Shown: piece by piece, positions 1 to 10,057 of the stretch
How positions within the stretch are numbered: the first letter of the stretch is position 1
Layout: every line of letters begins with the position of its first letter
Origin: an uncultured Verrucomicrobiae bacterium
Lineage (GTDB): Bacteria; Verrucomicrobiota; Verrucomicrobiia; Limisphaerales; Palsa-1400
Direction: 5' to 3'
Length of the DNA: 64,000 bases
Assembly (NCBI GenBank): GCA_963707025.1
Contig: CAVPOM010000011.1
Span: 1 to 64,000 of the forward strand
The notes under the pieces: generated by a model
Told to the model about the DNA's origin: nothing
The model's database searches: none
The model's input: only the letters and a program-made list of their open reading frames with translations
Translations under genes and position numbers: made by a program

Positions 1-351
1 ATAATTTATAGCACAGAAATGGGGGCTATTGCCGAGGAGGGCAAAGATGAATGAGCGAGAGCTTGCACGGCGGAAATCCCCGCATCTTCGACGCCAATAA
101 TTTTGTCTGAAGGCATCGGTCCCCAAAATAGAATACTTTTCTGGGGGCAAAAATGAACCGGGTTCCTTAAAAAATCGTTATATTGGGGACGATCCCTGCC
201 GCTCATTCATTTAAAGTGGCAGTTGTATGAGCGTTGGGATCGAGAAAAATTCACTGCTGTTTTGCGTGCGGTTTGAGCTGGACCCCTATTTTTAGACCAC
301 AGGTAAGTTTCGATTTTTGCCGGTTTGCTGTAGATAAGAAAGAGCAGACTT

Positions 352-642
352 ATGAAAGCAAAACGGAAAAGACACAGTGCGGCCTTCAAGGCCAAAGTGG
401 GATTCGAAGCCCTGGTGGGGCTGAAGACGGTCGCGCAATTGGCGCGAGAGTATGCGGTGCATCCGGCGCAGGTCACGCAGTGGCGGGCGACGATTCGGGA
501 TCACATGCCCGAATTGTTTGAGCCCGGGCAACCCCGCACGGAGGATCAGGAACAGTTGATTGCCCAACTGCATGAGAAGATTGGCCAACTGACGGTGGAC
601 TTGGACTGGCTTAAAAAAAAGTCCAGGCAACTGGGGCTTTAA
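352..642 (+). CDS. IS3 transposase OrfA (HTH)
   Basis: KRKRHSAAFKAKV...LAREYAVHPAQVTQW...LDWLKKK; slippery A8G at 613-621. Confidence 0.9.
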   Translation: MKAKRKRHSAAFKAKVGFEALVGLKTVAQLAREYAVHPAQVTQWRATIRDHMPELFEPGQPRTEDQEQLIAQLHEKIGQLTVDLDWLKKKSRQLGL

Positions 643-1529
643 CATGTTTAATCGCTCCCGATCCGCAGCTCAGCGTGCGGCGCCAGTGCGAGCTGCTGGC
701 GGTGTGCCGTGGCAGTTATTATTACCAGTGCTGTCCGGAGACAGAGGAGAACCTGGCGCTGATGCGGCGGTTGGACCAGATGCATTTGGACCACCCGGTT
801 TATGGCAGCCGCAAACTGACCGTGCTGTTGCGCCGGGAGGGTTTGACCATCAATCGCAAACGGGTGGTGCGGCTGCTGCGGTTGATGGGGATCGAGGCGA
901 TTTACGCCAAGCCCAAGACGAGTCTGCGGGAGATGGGGCACCAGATTTATCCGTATCTGTTACGCAATTTGGCAGTGACGGGACCGGATCAGGTTTGGTG
1001 TTCGGACATTACGTATGTGCCTATGGCAACTGGGTTTATGTATTTGGTGGCGGTGATGGATTGGTGGAGTCGTTACGTGCTGGGATGGCGCTTGAGCAAC
1101 ACGTTGGAGGCGGACTTTTGTGTGGACGCTTGGGAGGCGGCGTTGCGGGCGGGGCGTCAGGCGCCGTTGATTTCCAATACCGACCAGGGATCGCAGTTCA
1201 CCTCCCCGATGTTTATCGATGCGGTGGAATCGGCGGGGGTGGACGTGAGCATGGACGGACGGGGTCGCTGGATGGACAACCGGTTTATCGAGCGGCTGTG
1301 GCGGAGCGCCAAGTATGAGGACATTTATTTGCAAGACTATGGCGACGGGTTGGCGGCAGGACGCGGACTGGGCCGGTGGTTTGACGGCTACAACCGGGAA
1401 CGACCGCACCAGGCGTTGGGCTATGCGACGCCGGCGGACGCGTATTTTGATCCCGGCACGCATGGAGCCCAACCGGCCAAATGGGAAGCGATGCAACCTG
1501 CCAGAGGCAGGAGCGATCGCAGCACTTGA
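615..1529 (+). CDS. IS3 transposase OrfB (DDE), reached by -1 programmed frameshift
   Basis: WCSDITY, NTDQGSQF, DNRFIERLWRSAKYE motifs; the -1 frame is open from 615, just after TAA 612-614. Confidence 0.92.
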   Translation, partial: KKVQATGALTCLIAPDPQLSVRRQCELLAVCRGSYYYQCCPETEENLALMRRLDQMHLDHPVYGSRKLTVLLRREGLTINRKRVVRLLRLMGIEAIYAKPKTSLREMGHQIYPYLLRNLAVTGPDQVWCSDITYVPMATGFMYLVAVMDWWSRYVLGWRLSNTLEADFCVDAWEAALRAGRQAPLISNTDQGSQFTSPMFIDAVESAGVDVSMDGRGRWMDNRFIERLWRSAKYEDIYLQDYGDGLAAGRGLGRWFDGYNRERPHQALGYATPADAYFDPGTHGAQPAKWEAMQPARGRSDRST

Positions 1530-2096
1530 CAGAGAGGCAGGCGGCAGGAAAAGGCTTGAAATCAGACCGCCTGCGGCGGTAGAGTTGAGAACCCTAAGAA
1601 AACGGAGAGGGAGGACGGGCAGTGCTCCGCATCGCTCGTTCTCTCTTTCGAAAGGGTTTTGAAACACGGAATGAACAGTAGTCAACTACAATTAGTAATG
1701 ACAGCAATCGGCAAAAGTCGCGCTTATTTCATGCGCTCCGTGGTCTAAAGGATGGGGTCCACCTCAGTTGCCCGGAAGGGTTGATAGCGCAGGCGCGGCC
1801 GAGATTCTTGGATTCAATGAGGACTCAATCCCTCTGCTCATCTCAGCCGGACACCTCAAACCCCTTGGCAATCCGAGCCAGAATTCGAGGAAGTATTTTG
1901 CGACGTGCGAGCTTGAGGGTTTGGCCCAGGACCGAAAATGGCTTCATGAAGCGACTAAAAGTGTTGGGCGATACATGCGTGAAAAATCCCGACGACAGGA
2001 AATGATCGGCCATTCGAACGGCAAAGCCGAGCCACAATGAACCCTTTGCGGCCATCTGGAAATCCCCTCCAATAACCGTCCTTCGACAAGATGCGA

Positions 2097-3124
2097 TTAT
2101 TGATTCACCGCCAGCGGCATCGGCACGATTTTCGCCTCGTATTCTTCCAGTGAAGGAACGACCACTTTTGCATTCTTAGAATATGCCCGTGCAAACGCCT
2201 TGGAGCTGTGGCCAAGGGCCTGCTGTGCATACCGCTCCGGCATTCCCGCCACTTTGGCTCGCTCCGCCCAGGCGTAACGATATGAATGCAGCGAAACCCC
2301 GGCGATGCCGAGAGTGGCAAGACGCTTGATAAAATGCTTCGCGCGGTGTTTTTCGTGCAACCCGGAGAGCCACGGAAACAACAGACCGGATCTCGGCAGG
2401 GTTTGCAGGACCGCCGCCGCCTCTACGCCAAAGGTGATCACCACCGGCACTTTGGTCTTGCAGCGTTGAAACGAGATCGTGCAGTCGGGCCAATGGATGT
2501 TTTCGGCCGTCAGGTTCGCAACGTCGGACTGTGACCCGCCCAAATGCCAGAGCAATTCATAAAAGGCCCGGATCTCCGGGTTGCGCTCACGCTCCACGAT
2601 TCGGGCGTGTTCTTCCACCGTGATGGCCCGTTTCTCTTTGAACCTGACCAACGGCCATTGCAGTTTGGGCAGAACCGGCCACGGCAGCCAGTGCATTCCA
2701 ATGGCAAAATTGTGGGCGCGGCGCAAATAGACATTCGAGGAAACCGAGCCGTTCCCCAGCACGGCCAAGAAGTGCTCTGATGTGGTTTCCAGGAGCTTGC
2801 GGTGGCGGATGAGGTCAAAGGCTTTGTCAGCAATGGCATGTTTCCACCGCTCCCGCGTCGTCCCGGTCTTCAAGGAGGCAACTTTCTCCATGACCTGCTG
2901 CCAGGTGCGGGCGGCCAAAGAGAGGTCGCTGTGCTGCAAATAGACCTGGGCGATTTGCAGATTCATTTTGGAATGCCCGGCGGCCTCGTTGCGGGCATTC
3001 ACCAGGCGTTGCGCCTCGTGGCGGTCCTTGGTTTCGAGGCTGCCCCGTCTGTTGGACACCGTGTCAATCCAGTAGAACATTCCACCCGGGCATTGACCTT
3101 GGTGAGGCGATATCGGTTTCTCAT
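2097..3124 (-). CDS. Tyrosine recombinase/phage-type integrase (one probable indel near 3087)
   Basis: SLHSYRY, ALGHSS..FARAY catalytic motifs; ATG3124 with GGAG RBS reads MRNRYRLTKVNAR and shifts into GGMFYWIDT; adjacent to a tRNA 3' end. Confidence 0.88.
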
Positions 3125-3287
3125 AGCTCCAGTTTAAGTTGGAGCCGTTTTGCCGGTTAACGGAATGCGGGCAGACGGTGACCGGAATCTGGGCGGAAGC
3201 TGGCAGGAAGCTCATTTTGGTATGCGTTTCGGTATGCGTTGCCCTTCCAAAAGCACGTAAAGCCTTGATGTTCCAACATCAAGAGAC

Positions 3288-3362
3288 TGGAGCCAGTTGT
3301 CGGAATCGAACCGACGACCGACGGTTTACAAAACCGTTGCTCTACCGCTGAGCTAAACTGGC
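3288..3362 (-). tRNA. tRNA-Thr(TGT)
   Basis: GCCAGTTTAGCTCAGCGGTAGAGCAACGGTTTTGTAAACCGTCGGTCGTCGGTTCGATTCCGACAACTGGCTCCA: cloverleaf, TGT anticodon, encoded CCA. Confidence 0.97.
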
Positions 3363-3595
3363 TGCCAGGCCGATCTACAACCGCTGGTATTAAAAGCGCC
3401 AAGGCGCGGTTCACTTTTGCCGGACATTAGGCCATGAAATCAAACCAACGTTCCCAAGAGCCTCCCATCTATAAAGTCAGACACCGCAGCCGTCAAGTGA
3501 GTTACTGCGGGCAGGGCGCGCAACCGGTTGGCGGCCAGAGTTGCACTCAGCCAGCGCCGGCCGCCGCAGGGGCAGTTCCACCGCTTGGGCGGGAT

Positions 3596-6216
3596 TTAAA
3601 GCCAGGTGTTGGCGGGGAATTTTTTCTGGAGGGCGGGCTTGAGTTTGGGATAGGCGCTGGCTTTGAAGGCAGGCCAGTTGAGGGTGGATTCCAGCCGCTG
3701 GCCGTCGGGCGCGCAAAGCCAGAGCCGAACGGGCAGGCGGCCTTCGCAGATGCGCGGGTGTTCGGTCAGCCGGAGAATTTCGTGCAGTTTCACGTTCGCT
3801 TCGGGGGACTTTGGGCGGGCGTCGTCGTCACGGGTTTCCTCGGGATAGAGAAGTTTGAGCTTTTTTTCGTCGAGCCAGGGGATGGCGGGCGGGGCCAGCT
3901 CGCCGAGCCACTCCAGGCGGTCCTGGCCGATGAAATCGCGGAAGGCATCGCGCAAGGGGACGGCCTGGGCTTCTTTGACCAGGGTCAGGCCGGCAAAGGC
4001 GCGGGCCAGGCATTGGGTGATGGCGGCGTCGTCCAGGGGCGGCAATTCCAGTTCGGGCATGACGGCGGCGGCCAGGTTGAGGCGGGCGATGGTTTGCCTG
4101 ATTTCATGGTTGAATTGCGGGAGTTCGAAATAGTGTTTACTGTAAGCCCGGGCCAGGCAGCGGCCCGCCGCGGCGGGATCAACCTCGCGCTGGTGTTCGT
4201 GATGGAGGACCAGGTCCTGGAAACGGATGAGTTTGACGGCGCTGACGCGGCGGTGGGTGCGGTCGTAAAGATGTTCGATGGCGGCGCTGATCTGCCCGGG
4301 AAAGGTTTCCTCGATCCATTGGCGTTTCACGGCGGTGGCCAGGCTGAGCAGGGTCAGCGGGCCGGCGCGGCCGGAAACTTCGCGGACGGAGGCGGCGACA
4401 AACAAGGGGGCCTCATGCACCACGCTGTCGCGCACCAGGGCGCCGGAGCGGCCTTCGGTCAGATCGCAGTCGAGCGTGCCCTGGTCGCGCCGCCGGCAAA
4501 GCTGGTCAATAAAGCCGGCCATCAGGCAGCGCGGCAGGGCGTCATCGCCGCCGGCGGGGGATTGGGCTGCCGGTTCCTTCAGGTCGCGTCCGGCCAGTTG
4601 CAGGATTTGCTCGAAAGTCTGCTGGACCTGGCGGGCGATCTGGGGGTGGACGCCGTAACGGCGGCATGGTTCGGCGCTGAAATGGTTGCTTTTGGCAAAT
4701 TGAAAGGCGCGCATGAGGGTGAAGAAATCCGATTCGGCGCTGGCTTCAAATAATTCGCGCGCCTCCGCGATGTGTTTGTCGTCGCGGCCAAGGCGGGCGA
4801 GCAGGTCCCGGCCGCTGACCAGCGCGGCGCAGAGGGCCGCGGCGGGGACGCAGCCCAACCGGGAGGCTTCGACCAACATGCGGGAATAGCGCGGATGCAT
4901 GGGGAGGCGGAGCATTTGCCAGCCGATGGGGGACAGATCGGAATTGCGGATTGCGGATTGCGGATTGCGGATTGGAGATGGGTCAGTTTGCTCTTCGATG
5001 GCGCCGAGGGTGCGGAGAAGTTTTTCGGCGCGGGCCACGGCTTGGGGATCGGGTGGGTCCAGCCAGCCGAACTGGGTGGCGTCGGCAATGCCAAAGGAAT
5101 GGAGCAGGAGGACGACTTCGGCCAAATCGCTGCGCTGAATTTCAGGGGTGTTGCGCTCGGGACGGTTTAAGTGGCCGCTTTCAGTCCAGAGCCGGTGGCA
5201 GACGCCGGGGGCGGTGCGGCCGGCCCGGCCGGCCCGCTGCGCGGCGGAGGCGCGGCTGATCGGTTCGAGCAGGAGCGTGCCCAGGCCGCGTTCGGCATCG
5301 TAACGGGCCACCCGGGCCAGTCCGCTGTCAATCACATGGACAATGCCGTCAATCGTCACGGAGGTTTCGGCCACGTTGGTGGAGACGATCAGTTTGCGCC
5401 GGCGGTTGGGGGCGAAGGCCAGGTCCTGCTCCTCCGGCGGCAGTTCGCCGTGGAGGGGTATCATGGCCAGCGGCTCCGCCAGGCGGCTGGCCCGGCAGGC
5501 GGCCAGGGTGGCGTTGATTTCCGCCAGGCCGGGCATGAAAACCAGAATGTCGCCCGGATCGCCGGCCTGCACGATGCCCGCCACCACGTCGCTGGCCTGC
5601 TCGGAAACGGGGCGTTCGTCCGGCAGGTCGAGGTGGCGGATTTCCACGGGAAAGGCCCGGCCCTCGGCCACCAGAACGGGACAGCCGCCCAGGTAGCCGG
5701 CCACGGGGGCGGCATCGAGGGTCGCGGACATGACGACGATTTTGAGATCGGGCCGGCCGCTTGTTGCAGGCGCCGGGCCAGGGCCAGGGCCAGGTCGCTC
5801 AACAAATTGCGTTCGTGAAATTCATCGAAGATGAGCACGGCGATGTCGCTCAAGCCGGGGTCGTCCTGCAGCCAGCGCAGGAGAATGCCTTCGGTGACAA
5901 AACAGATGCGGGTGCCCAGGCTGGTGCGATCGTCGAAGCGGATTTGGTAGCCGACCTCCGCGCCCAGCGGGCCTTGGCGCTCCCAGGCCACGCGGGCGGC
6001 AACGGTGCGGGCGGCGACGCGCCGGGGTTGGAGGATGACGATGCGGCCGGGGCCGGGAGCGCGCGCGGCGGGCCGGGCGGGGTCGTCCAGGAGCATCTGG
6101 GGGACCTGGGTGGTTTTGCCGGAGCCGGTGGGGGCGACAAGGACGAGGGACGAATTATGTTTGACAGCACTGACGATGGCGGCATGGATTTGCCAGATGG
6201 GAAGGGAGGTTTGCAC
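3596..6216 (-). CDS. hrpB: ATP-dependent RNA helicase HrpB (frameshift near 5755)
   Basis: APTGSGKTT, DEFH, MSAT, TNVAETSVTIDG, QRAGRAGR, HrpB-like C-terminus; split over ORFs 5461..6522 and 3596..5731. Confidence 0.88.
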
Positions 6217-6245
6217 GCCGCCACAGCCAATGGACCCGGGCACGC

Positions 6246-6593
6246 CTACCAGCGGTCCACCAGCAGCACGCCCAGCACCACGACGGAAAAGAGGAGCATC
6301 AGTCCCGAGGGCGTAAATTTGGAGGTTTTGAGGTAGCGCACGCAAAAGACGACGGACAAAACAGCCAGGATAATGTCGGTGATGTAAAAGGGATGGATGA
6401 TGCCGGTGGCGCAAAGGGCCAGTAGCGCGGCGAAGATGGCGGAGGTGACGAGCGAGATTTTGCTGCCGGCTTTGATGAGACCGATCAAGCCGCCCGCGAT
6501 CAGCAACGTGACGTAAATCCACAGGGCAATCATGGCCAGCGGTGGAGCGAGCGCCTGGCCGATAGATGGAGGGGGGATGTTCAAGTGATTCAT
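6246..6593 (-). CDS. TMEM14-family small membrane protein
   Basis: LLIAGGLIGLIKAGSKISL...RYLKTSKFTPSGL, four hydrophobic segments. Confidence 0.8.
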   Translation of the reverse strand: MNHLNIPPPSIGQALAPPLAMIALWIYVTLLIAGGLIGLIKAGSKISLVTSAIFAALLALCATGIIHPFYITDIILAVLSVVFCVRYLKTSKFTPSGLMLLFSVVVLGVLLVDRW

Positions 6594-6618
6594 GGTGGAG
6601 GGTTCATTGGCCTGGTCC

Positions 6619-7605
6619 TCAATCGGCCGGAACGACGGTGATTTCGGCGGCGGAGGTCCAGGCATTGTCATTGATTTCGGACAGGGCCCTGAGCTTGATG
6701 AAGCGGCCTTTTTTGGGGTCGAAAGCCACCGTTTTTTTCCCGCTGCCTTCATCGAAGGTCCCCTTTTTCACCGCCTGGCCAAAGCTCTTGTCATCGTCGC
6801 TCACATAAAACTCGTAGTCTTTGATGGTGCCGTTGACCTGGTCATCCTGGCGGGGCAAGTAGGTGAAGCCCTTGATGCTGGAGGGAGGGATCAATTCGAT
6901 GACGATTTCGTGGGGGCAGGGCGGATTCTCGTCCGTCCACTGCGTATGCCAGAAAGTGGCGGGATCGCCGTCCACGGCATTGGCCCCATGCCCGTCCTGC
7001 GAGGCCGTTTCCTCGCTGTCGGCCCGGACGAATTTGAGTTTGACTTTGCCGGACGCGGGGGCGGCGGCGGCGACCGCTTCCTGCCTGCCGGCAACGACGC
7101 CGATTTCCGCGGCGGAAGTCCAGGCCTCGCCATTGATTTCGGACAAGGCCTTGAGTTTGATGAAATGGGCCTTTTGCGGATCAAAGCTGACCGTGTGTTT
7201 GTCTTTGCCCTCCGGGAAGGTTCCCTTTTTCACCGGCTGGCCAAAATCCTTGCTGTCGTCGCTGATATAGAACTCAAAATCCTTGATGGTGCCGTTGGCC
7301 TGATCATCCTGGCGGGGCAGGTAGGTGAAGCCGCTGATGGTGGAGGGCGGGACAAGTTCAATGACGATTTCGTGCGGGCAGGGCGGATTGGCATCCTGCC
7401 ACTGGGTATGCCAGAAGGTGTTTGCGTCGCCGTCCACCGCATTGGCCCCTTTGCCGTCCTCGCCGGCGGTTTCCTCGCTGTCCACCCGGACGAACTTGAG
7501 CGTAATTTTGTCCGTGGCGGCGGGGGTCTGCGCGGCGGCGGAAAGAGCGGCCAGGGCGAGGGCCGCGGCGGCGCAGGTGAAAAGGGCGGCTGAAATTTTG
7601 TTCAT
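6619..7605 (-). CDS. Secreted protein with two tandem F5/8 type C (discoidin/CBM32-like) domains
   Basis: Ala-rich signal peptide; duplicated DSEET...ANAVDGD..TFWHTQW...YLPRQD...WTSAAEI. Confidence 0.88.
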   Translation of the reverse strand: MNKISAALFTCAAAALALAALSAAAQTPAATDKITLKFVRVDSEETAGEDGKGANAVDGDANTFWHTQWQDANPPCPHEIVIELVPPSTISGFTYLPRQDDQANGTIKDFEFYISDDSKDFGQPVKKGTFPEGKDKHTVSFDPQKAHFIKLKALSEINGEAWTSAAEIGVVAGRQEAVAAAAPASGKVKLKFVRADSEETASQDGHGANAVDGDPATFWHTQWTDENPPCPHEIVIELIPPSSIKGFTYLPRQDDQVNGTIKDYEFYVSDDDKSFGQAVKKGTFDEGSGKKTVAFDPKKGRFIKLRALSEINDNAWTSAAEITVVPAD

Positions 7606-7796
7606 AACGGCGGTAGTGTCTGGCATCGGCCGGCGAATTTCAAGAGCGTTTTTTCATTTTCGCGTGCCGCGAATGAGGTGCCCGCCGCCGCAGCTTCCGC
7701 CGCGGCCCGGCCTGTGGCGGAGGGGATGGCGGATAACATTTTGGCCATTTTGACGGGAAACATGGTTGGTTGCATGGCAGGCTCCCCCTGGGGCCG

Positions 7797-7870
7797 CGAA
7801 CTGAAACTAGGTGAAACTAGGTGAAACTGGCTGAAACCAGGTGAAATTAAGTGAAAATCAACTGAAATCA
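7797..7870. repeat. Degenerate 10-bp tandem repeat (TGAAACTAGG-like, about 7 units)
   Basis: gaaactgaaactaggtgaaactaggtgaaactggctgaaaccaggtgaaattaagtgaaa. Confidence 0.75.
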
Positions 7871-8301
7871 GCCGCCGTCCTTTTTGATGTTGTGCCAGCC
7901 GGGAACAAAGGAATTGAACCACGGATTTCGGGGATTTCACGGATTCAGAATTCTGCATTTTGCATTTCCTGTCCTCCATCCTGTCCACCGTGGGCCCTGC
8001 GAAGGTGGAAGGCCCGGGGGAGGAGGATGCATTCTGCATTTTCATATCCGTGCCCTCCGCGCCTGCGCGGGACGCCTTCTGGCGGAGGCGGCCTGCGACC
8101 ATGCCTACGTGTCTCATGCCGATAATTCAACCATAGGTTCTAATTTTTGTCAAGGGCCTTTTGGGAAGAAAAATGAAGGCAGGGGCGGGTGGAGTGATGG
8201 AGTGGTGGAGTCGTGCCAGACAGGGGAGGATTCCTCCGGTCCTTCGCTGTTTTCGGTGGAATAATACGTGCCGTCGTTGCGCTCGCTGCAAATGGCCCGA
8301 T

Positions 8302-8406
8302 CTTCAATCCGGCAGGGATTGGATCGTATAGCCCAGGGTTGGCCCGATTCCGAGGCCTACCCTGGGTTGTGGCATGCAAGTTCCAATACCCTGAAGGGGT
8401 TGCATC
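8302..8406. repeat. REP-like palindromic element
   Basis: caatccggcagggattg ... cccagggt...accctggg ... ccctgaagggg nested palindromes. Confidence 0.55.
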
Positions 8407-8749
8407 ACAAAGGTTTACGAAGGAGATTCGATCCCGTTAGGATTGGCCGCTGGCGCAGGGGAAAGGCTCGTGGAGCGGACGGACCAAAAAGCGGAGTTGA
8501 GCGGCGGATTTAGGAATTCAGCAAGGGAGCCTCATCGCGGGAGCCAAGTGTTGCCGTGTTTGGTGGCGTAGTCTCAACGAGGGGAAGCCAAAGTCGGCAA
8601 GTCTTGGCGACAGGGCGGGTCAACAGGACGAAGAAGGGAACACACGGGGACTCGATGTCGTGTCTCGCAGCCTGAAAGGCCCGCAGTGGAGCGGCCGCTC
8701 ATTTGAGGACGCCGACGGGTCAGGCCCGCGATCGAAGCGGGCCGCATAA

Positions 8750-9268
8750 ATGGTGCCTGGACATCGGAGCAGATGGTGGCATTATTATGACGTTACGAAA
8801 CAACCGCAATTCGATGAATTTAAGGCCAAAATAGATGGCAAAGCAGCGTGTATAATTTTAGGCGAGGCGCAGCGCATGAGGCGTGACATTGACATCGCAG
8901 TCGCCACCAACAGGATAAAACTGGACGTCGAGACGAAGCGAATTTTGGATTTTTGCTTCTTCTTTTTGGAGGATAACCTCTCGCTTCCCGCTGACCTTTC
9001 GGAGGAGGATTTAGGCTTCTACCGGCGTTGCCTCGAAAAATTGATTTCCAGAGATCAAATGCCGCCTTACGTCATGGATGTTTTGGAGGTGAATTCTTGC
9101 GTTGCTCAGTCCATCGAGATTCAGGTAGCCGTCTACGGCGCGGCCAAGTCCTTGAAAACAGGGCGGATTGTTCATATTATGGGTTTGAGAGATTTCGTCC
9201 TGAAAGCCGTTTCCATGAGCTTTTCGCTCTCTGACGCCTCCGAGCATTCACCGGAGGATTATCCATGA
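8750..9268 (+). CDS. Hypothetical protein; true start may be ATG8787 with an indel
   Basis: Lower-GC ORF; its stop overlaps the next start (ATGA). Confidence 0.55.
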   Translation: MVPGHRSRWWHYYDVTKQPQFDEFKAKIDGKAACIILGEAQRMRRDIDIAVATNRIKLDVETKRILDFCFFFLEDNLSLPADLSEEDLGFYRRCLEKLISRDQMPPYVMDVLEVNSCVAQSIEIQVAVYGAAKSLKTGRIVHIMGLRDFVLKAVSMSFSLSDASEHSPEDYP

Positions 9269-9590
9269 ACCTGAGCGAGAATTGGTGGATTTATGCGGGC
9301 GTTGCACTGTTCATTGCATGGTTGTTGTGGAGGGATCGCTACTATTCGTACAAAAAAGGGCTCAGGTCATCGCTCGCGCGATCCGGGAGCAAAGTGATCT
9401 GAGCATCACGTATTGGGCCAAGTCCACCCGCAAATACACCGACCGCGTTGTAACTCCGCTTTTACTCGAGGGAAGGTATTTGCGGGCTTATGACCACACG
9501 CGGGAGGCCGAACGAACCTTCAAGGTCACGCGAATTAAAGAAATTGCTCTTGTGCCTCGTTCGCAGCCCCCCATGTCAAGTAATGGTTAA
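9265..9590 (+). CDS. Membrane-anchored stand-alone WYL-domain protein (frameshift in the A-run near 9352-9357)
   Basis: GGAGG RBS, ATG9265: MNLSENWWIYAGVALFIAWLLWRDRYYSYKK, then ITYW...TDRVVTPLLLEGRYLRAYDHTREAERTFKVTRI (WYL signature). Confidence 0.75.
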
Positions 9591-9619
9591 TTATCTTCGT
9601 AGATTTTATTTGAGGATAA

Positions 9620-10057
9620 ATGGTTGATGTATTTTCAAAACGAAAGCGCTCGCAAGTCATGGCTGCCATTCGGTCGAAAGGCAACAAGGACACGGAGTTG
9701 AAACTGGCCTCAATCCTTCGGGCCCATGGAATCAAGGGATGGCGGAGGCACCGGCCGTTGCCTGGAAAGCCGGACTTCATTTTTCCCAAACAGCGCCTCG
9801 CCGTGTTTGTGGATGGCTGCTTTTGGCACGGATGCCCCAAGCACGGACGCAAACCAGAAAGCAATCAGCATTATTGGCGGGCCAAATTGCTGGGGAACAA
9901 ATGCAGAGACGGAAGAGTCAGCCGCCTTTTGCGAGATTGTGGCTGGAAAGTGTTGCGAATATGGGAACACGAACTCCTGCACACTGCAAATACGGCAAAA
10001 CGGATCAAATCCAGCTTGCAGAATTGTCCAGGCGTGTTTGAATTAAGGAAAAGATGA
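9620..10057 (+). CDS. vsr: Very short patch repair endonuclease Vsr
   Basis: RSQVMAAIRSKGNKDTE, LPGKPD, VFVDGCFWHGCP, GWKVLRIWEHE. Confidence 0.95.
   Translation: MVDVFSKRKRSQVMAAIRSKGNKDTELKLASILRAHGIKGWRRHRPLPGKPDFIFPKQRLAVFVDGCFWHGCPKHGRKPESNQHYWRAKLLGNKCRDGRVSRLLRDCGWKVLRIWEHELLHTANTAKRIKSSLQNCPGVFELRKR

Larger units (their letters stand above)
274..1766 (+). mobile_element. Complete IS3-family insertion sequence (1493 bp)
   Basis: TG...CA ends; IRL TGAGCTGGACCCCTATTTTTAGACCAC matches reverse-complemented IRR TGAGGTGGACCCCATCCTTTAGACCAC; 3-bp target duplication GTT (271-273 and 1767-1769); orfA/orfB organisation. Confidence 0.95.
227..2040 (+). pseudogene. Small excisionase-like DNA-binding protein (about 105 aa) interrupted by IS3; pieces 227-273 and 1770-2040
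   Basis: Removing 274-1769 (IS plus one GTT copy) fuses ATG227 in frame: MSVGIEKNSLLFCVR-LPGRVDSAGAAEILGFNEDSIPLLISAGHLKPLGNPSQNSRKYFAT...; the AAEILGF...LKP pattern is Xis/MerR-like; lies next to an integrase. Confidence 0.7.

Noticed and set aside
8520..8700. 6S RNA, tmRNA or RNase P RNA
   Set aside because: I found no closing terminal stem with a central bubble, no tmRNA ends and no RNase P consensus; kept only as an unassigned structure.
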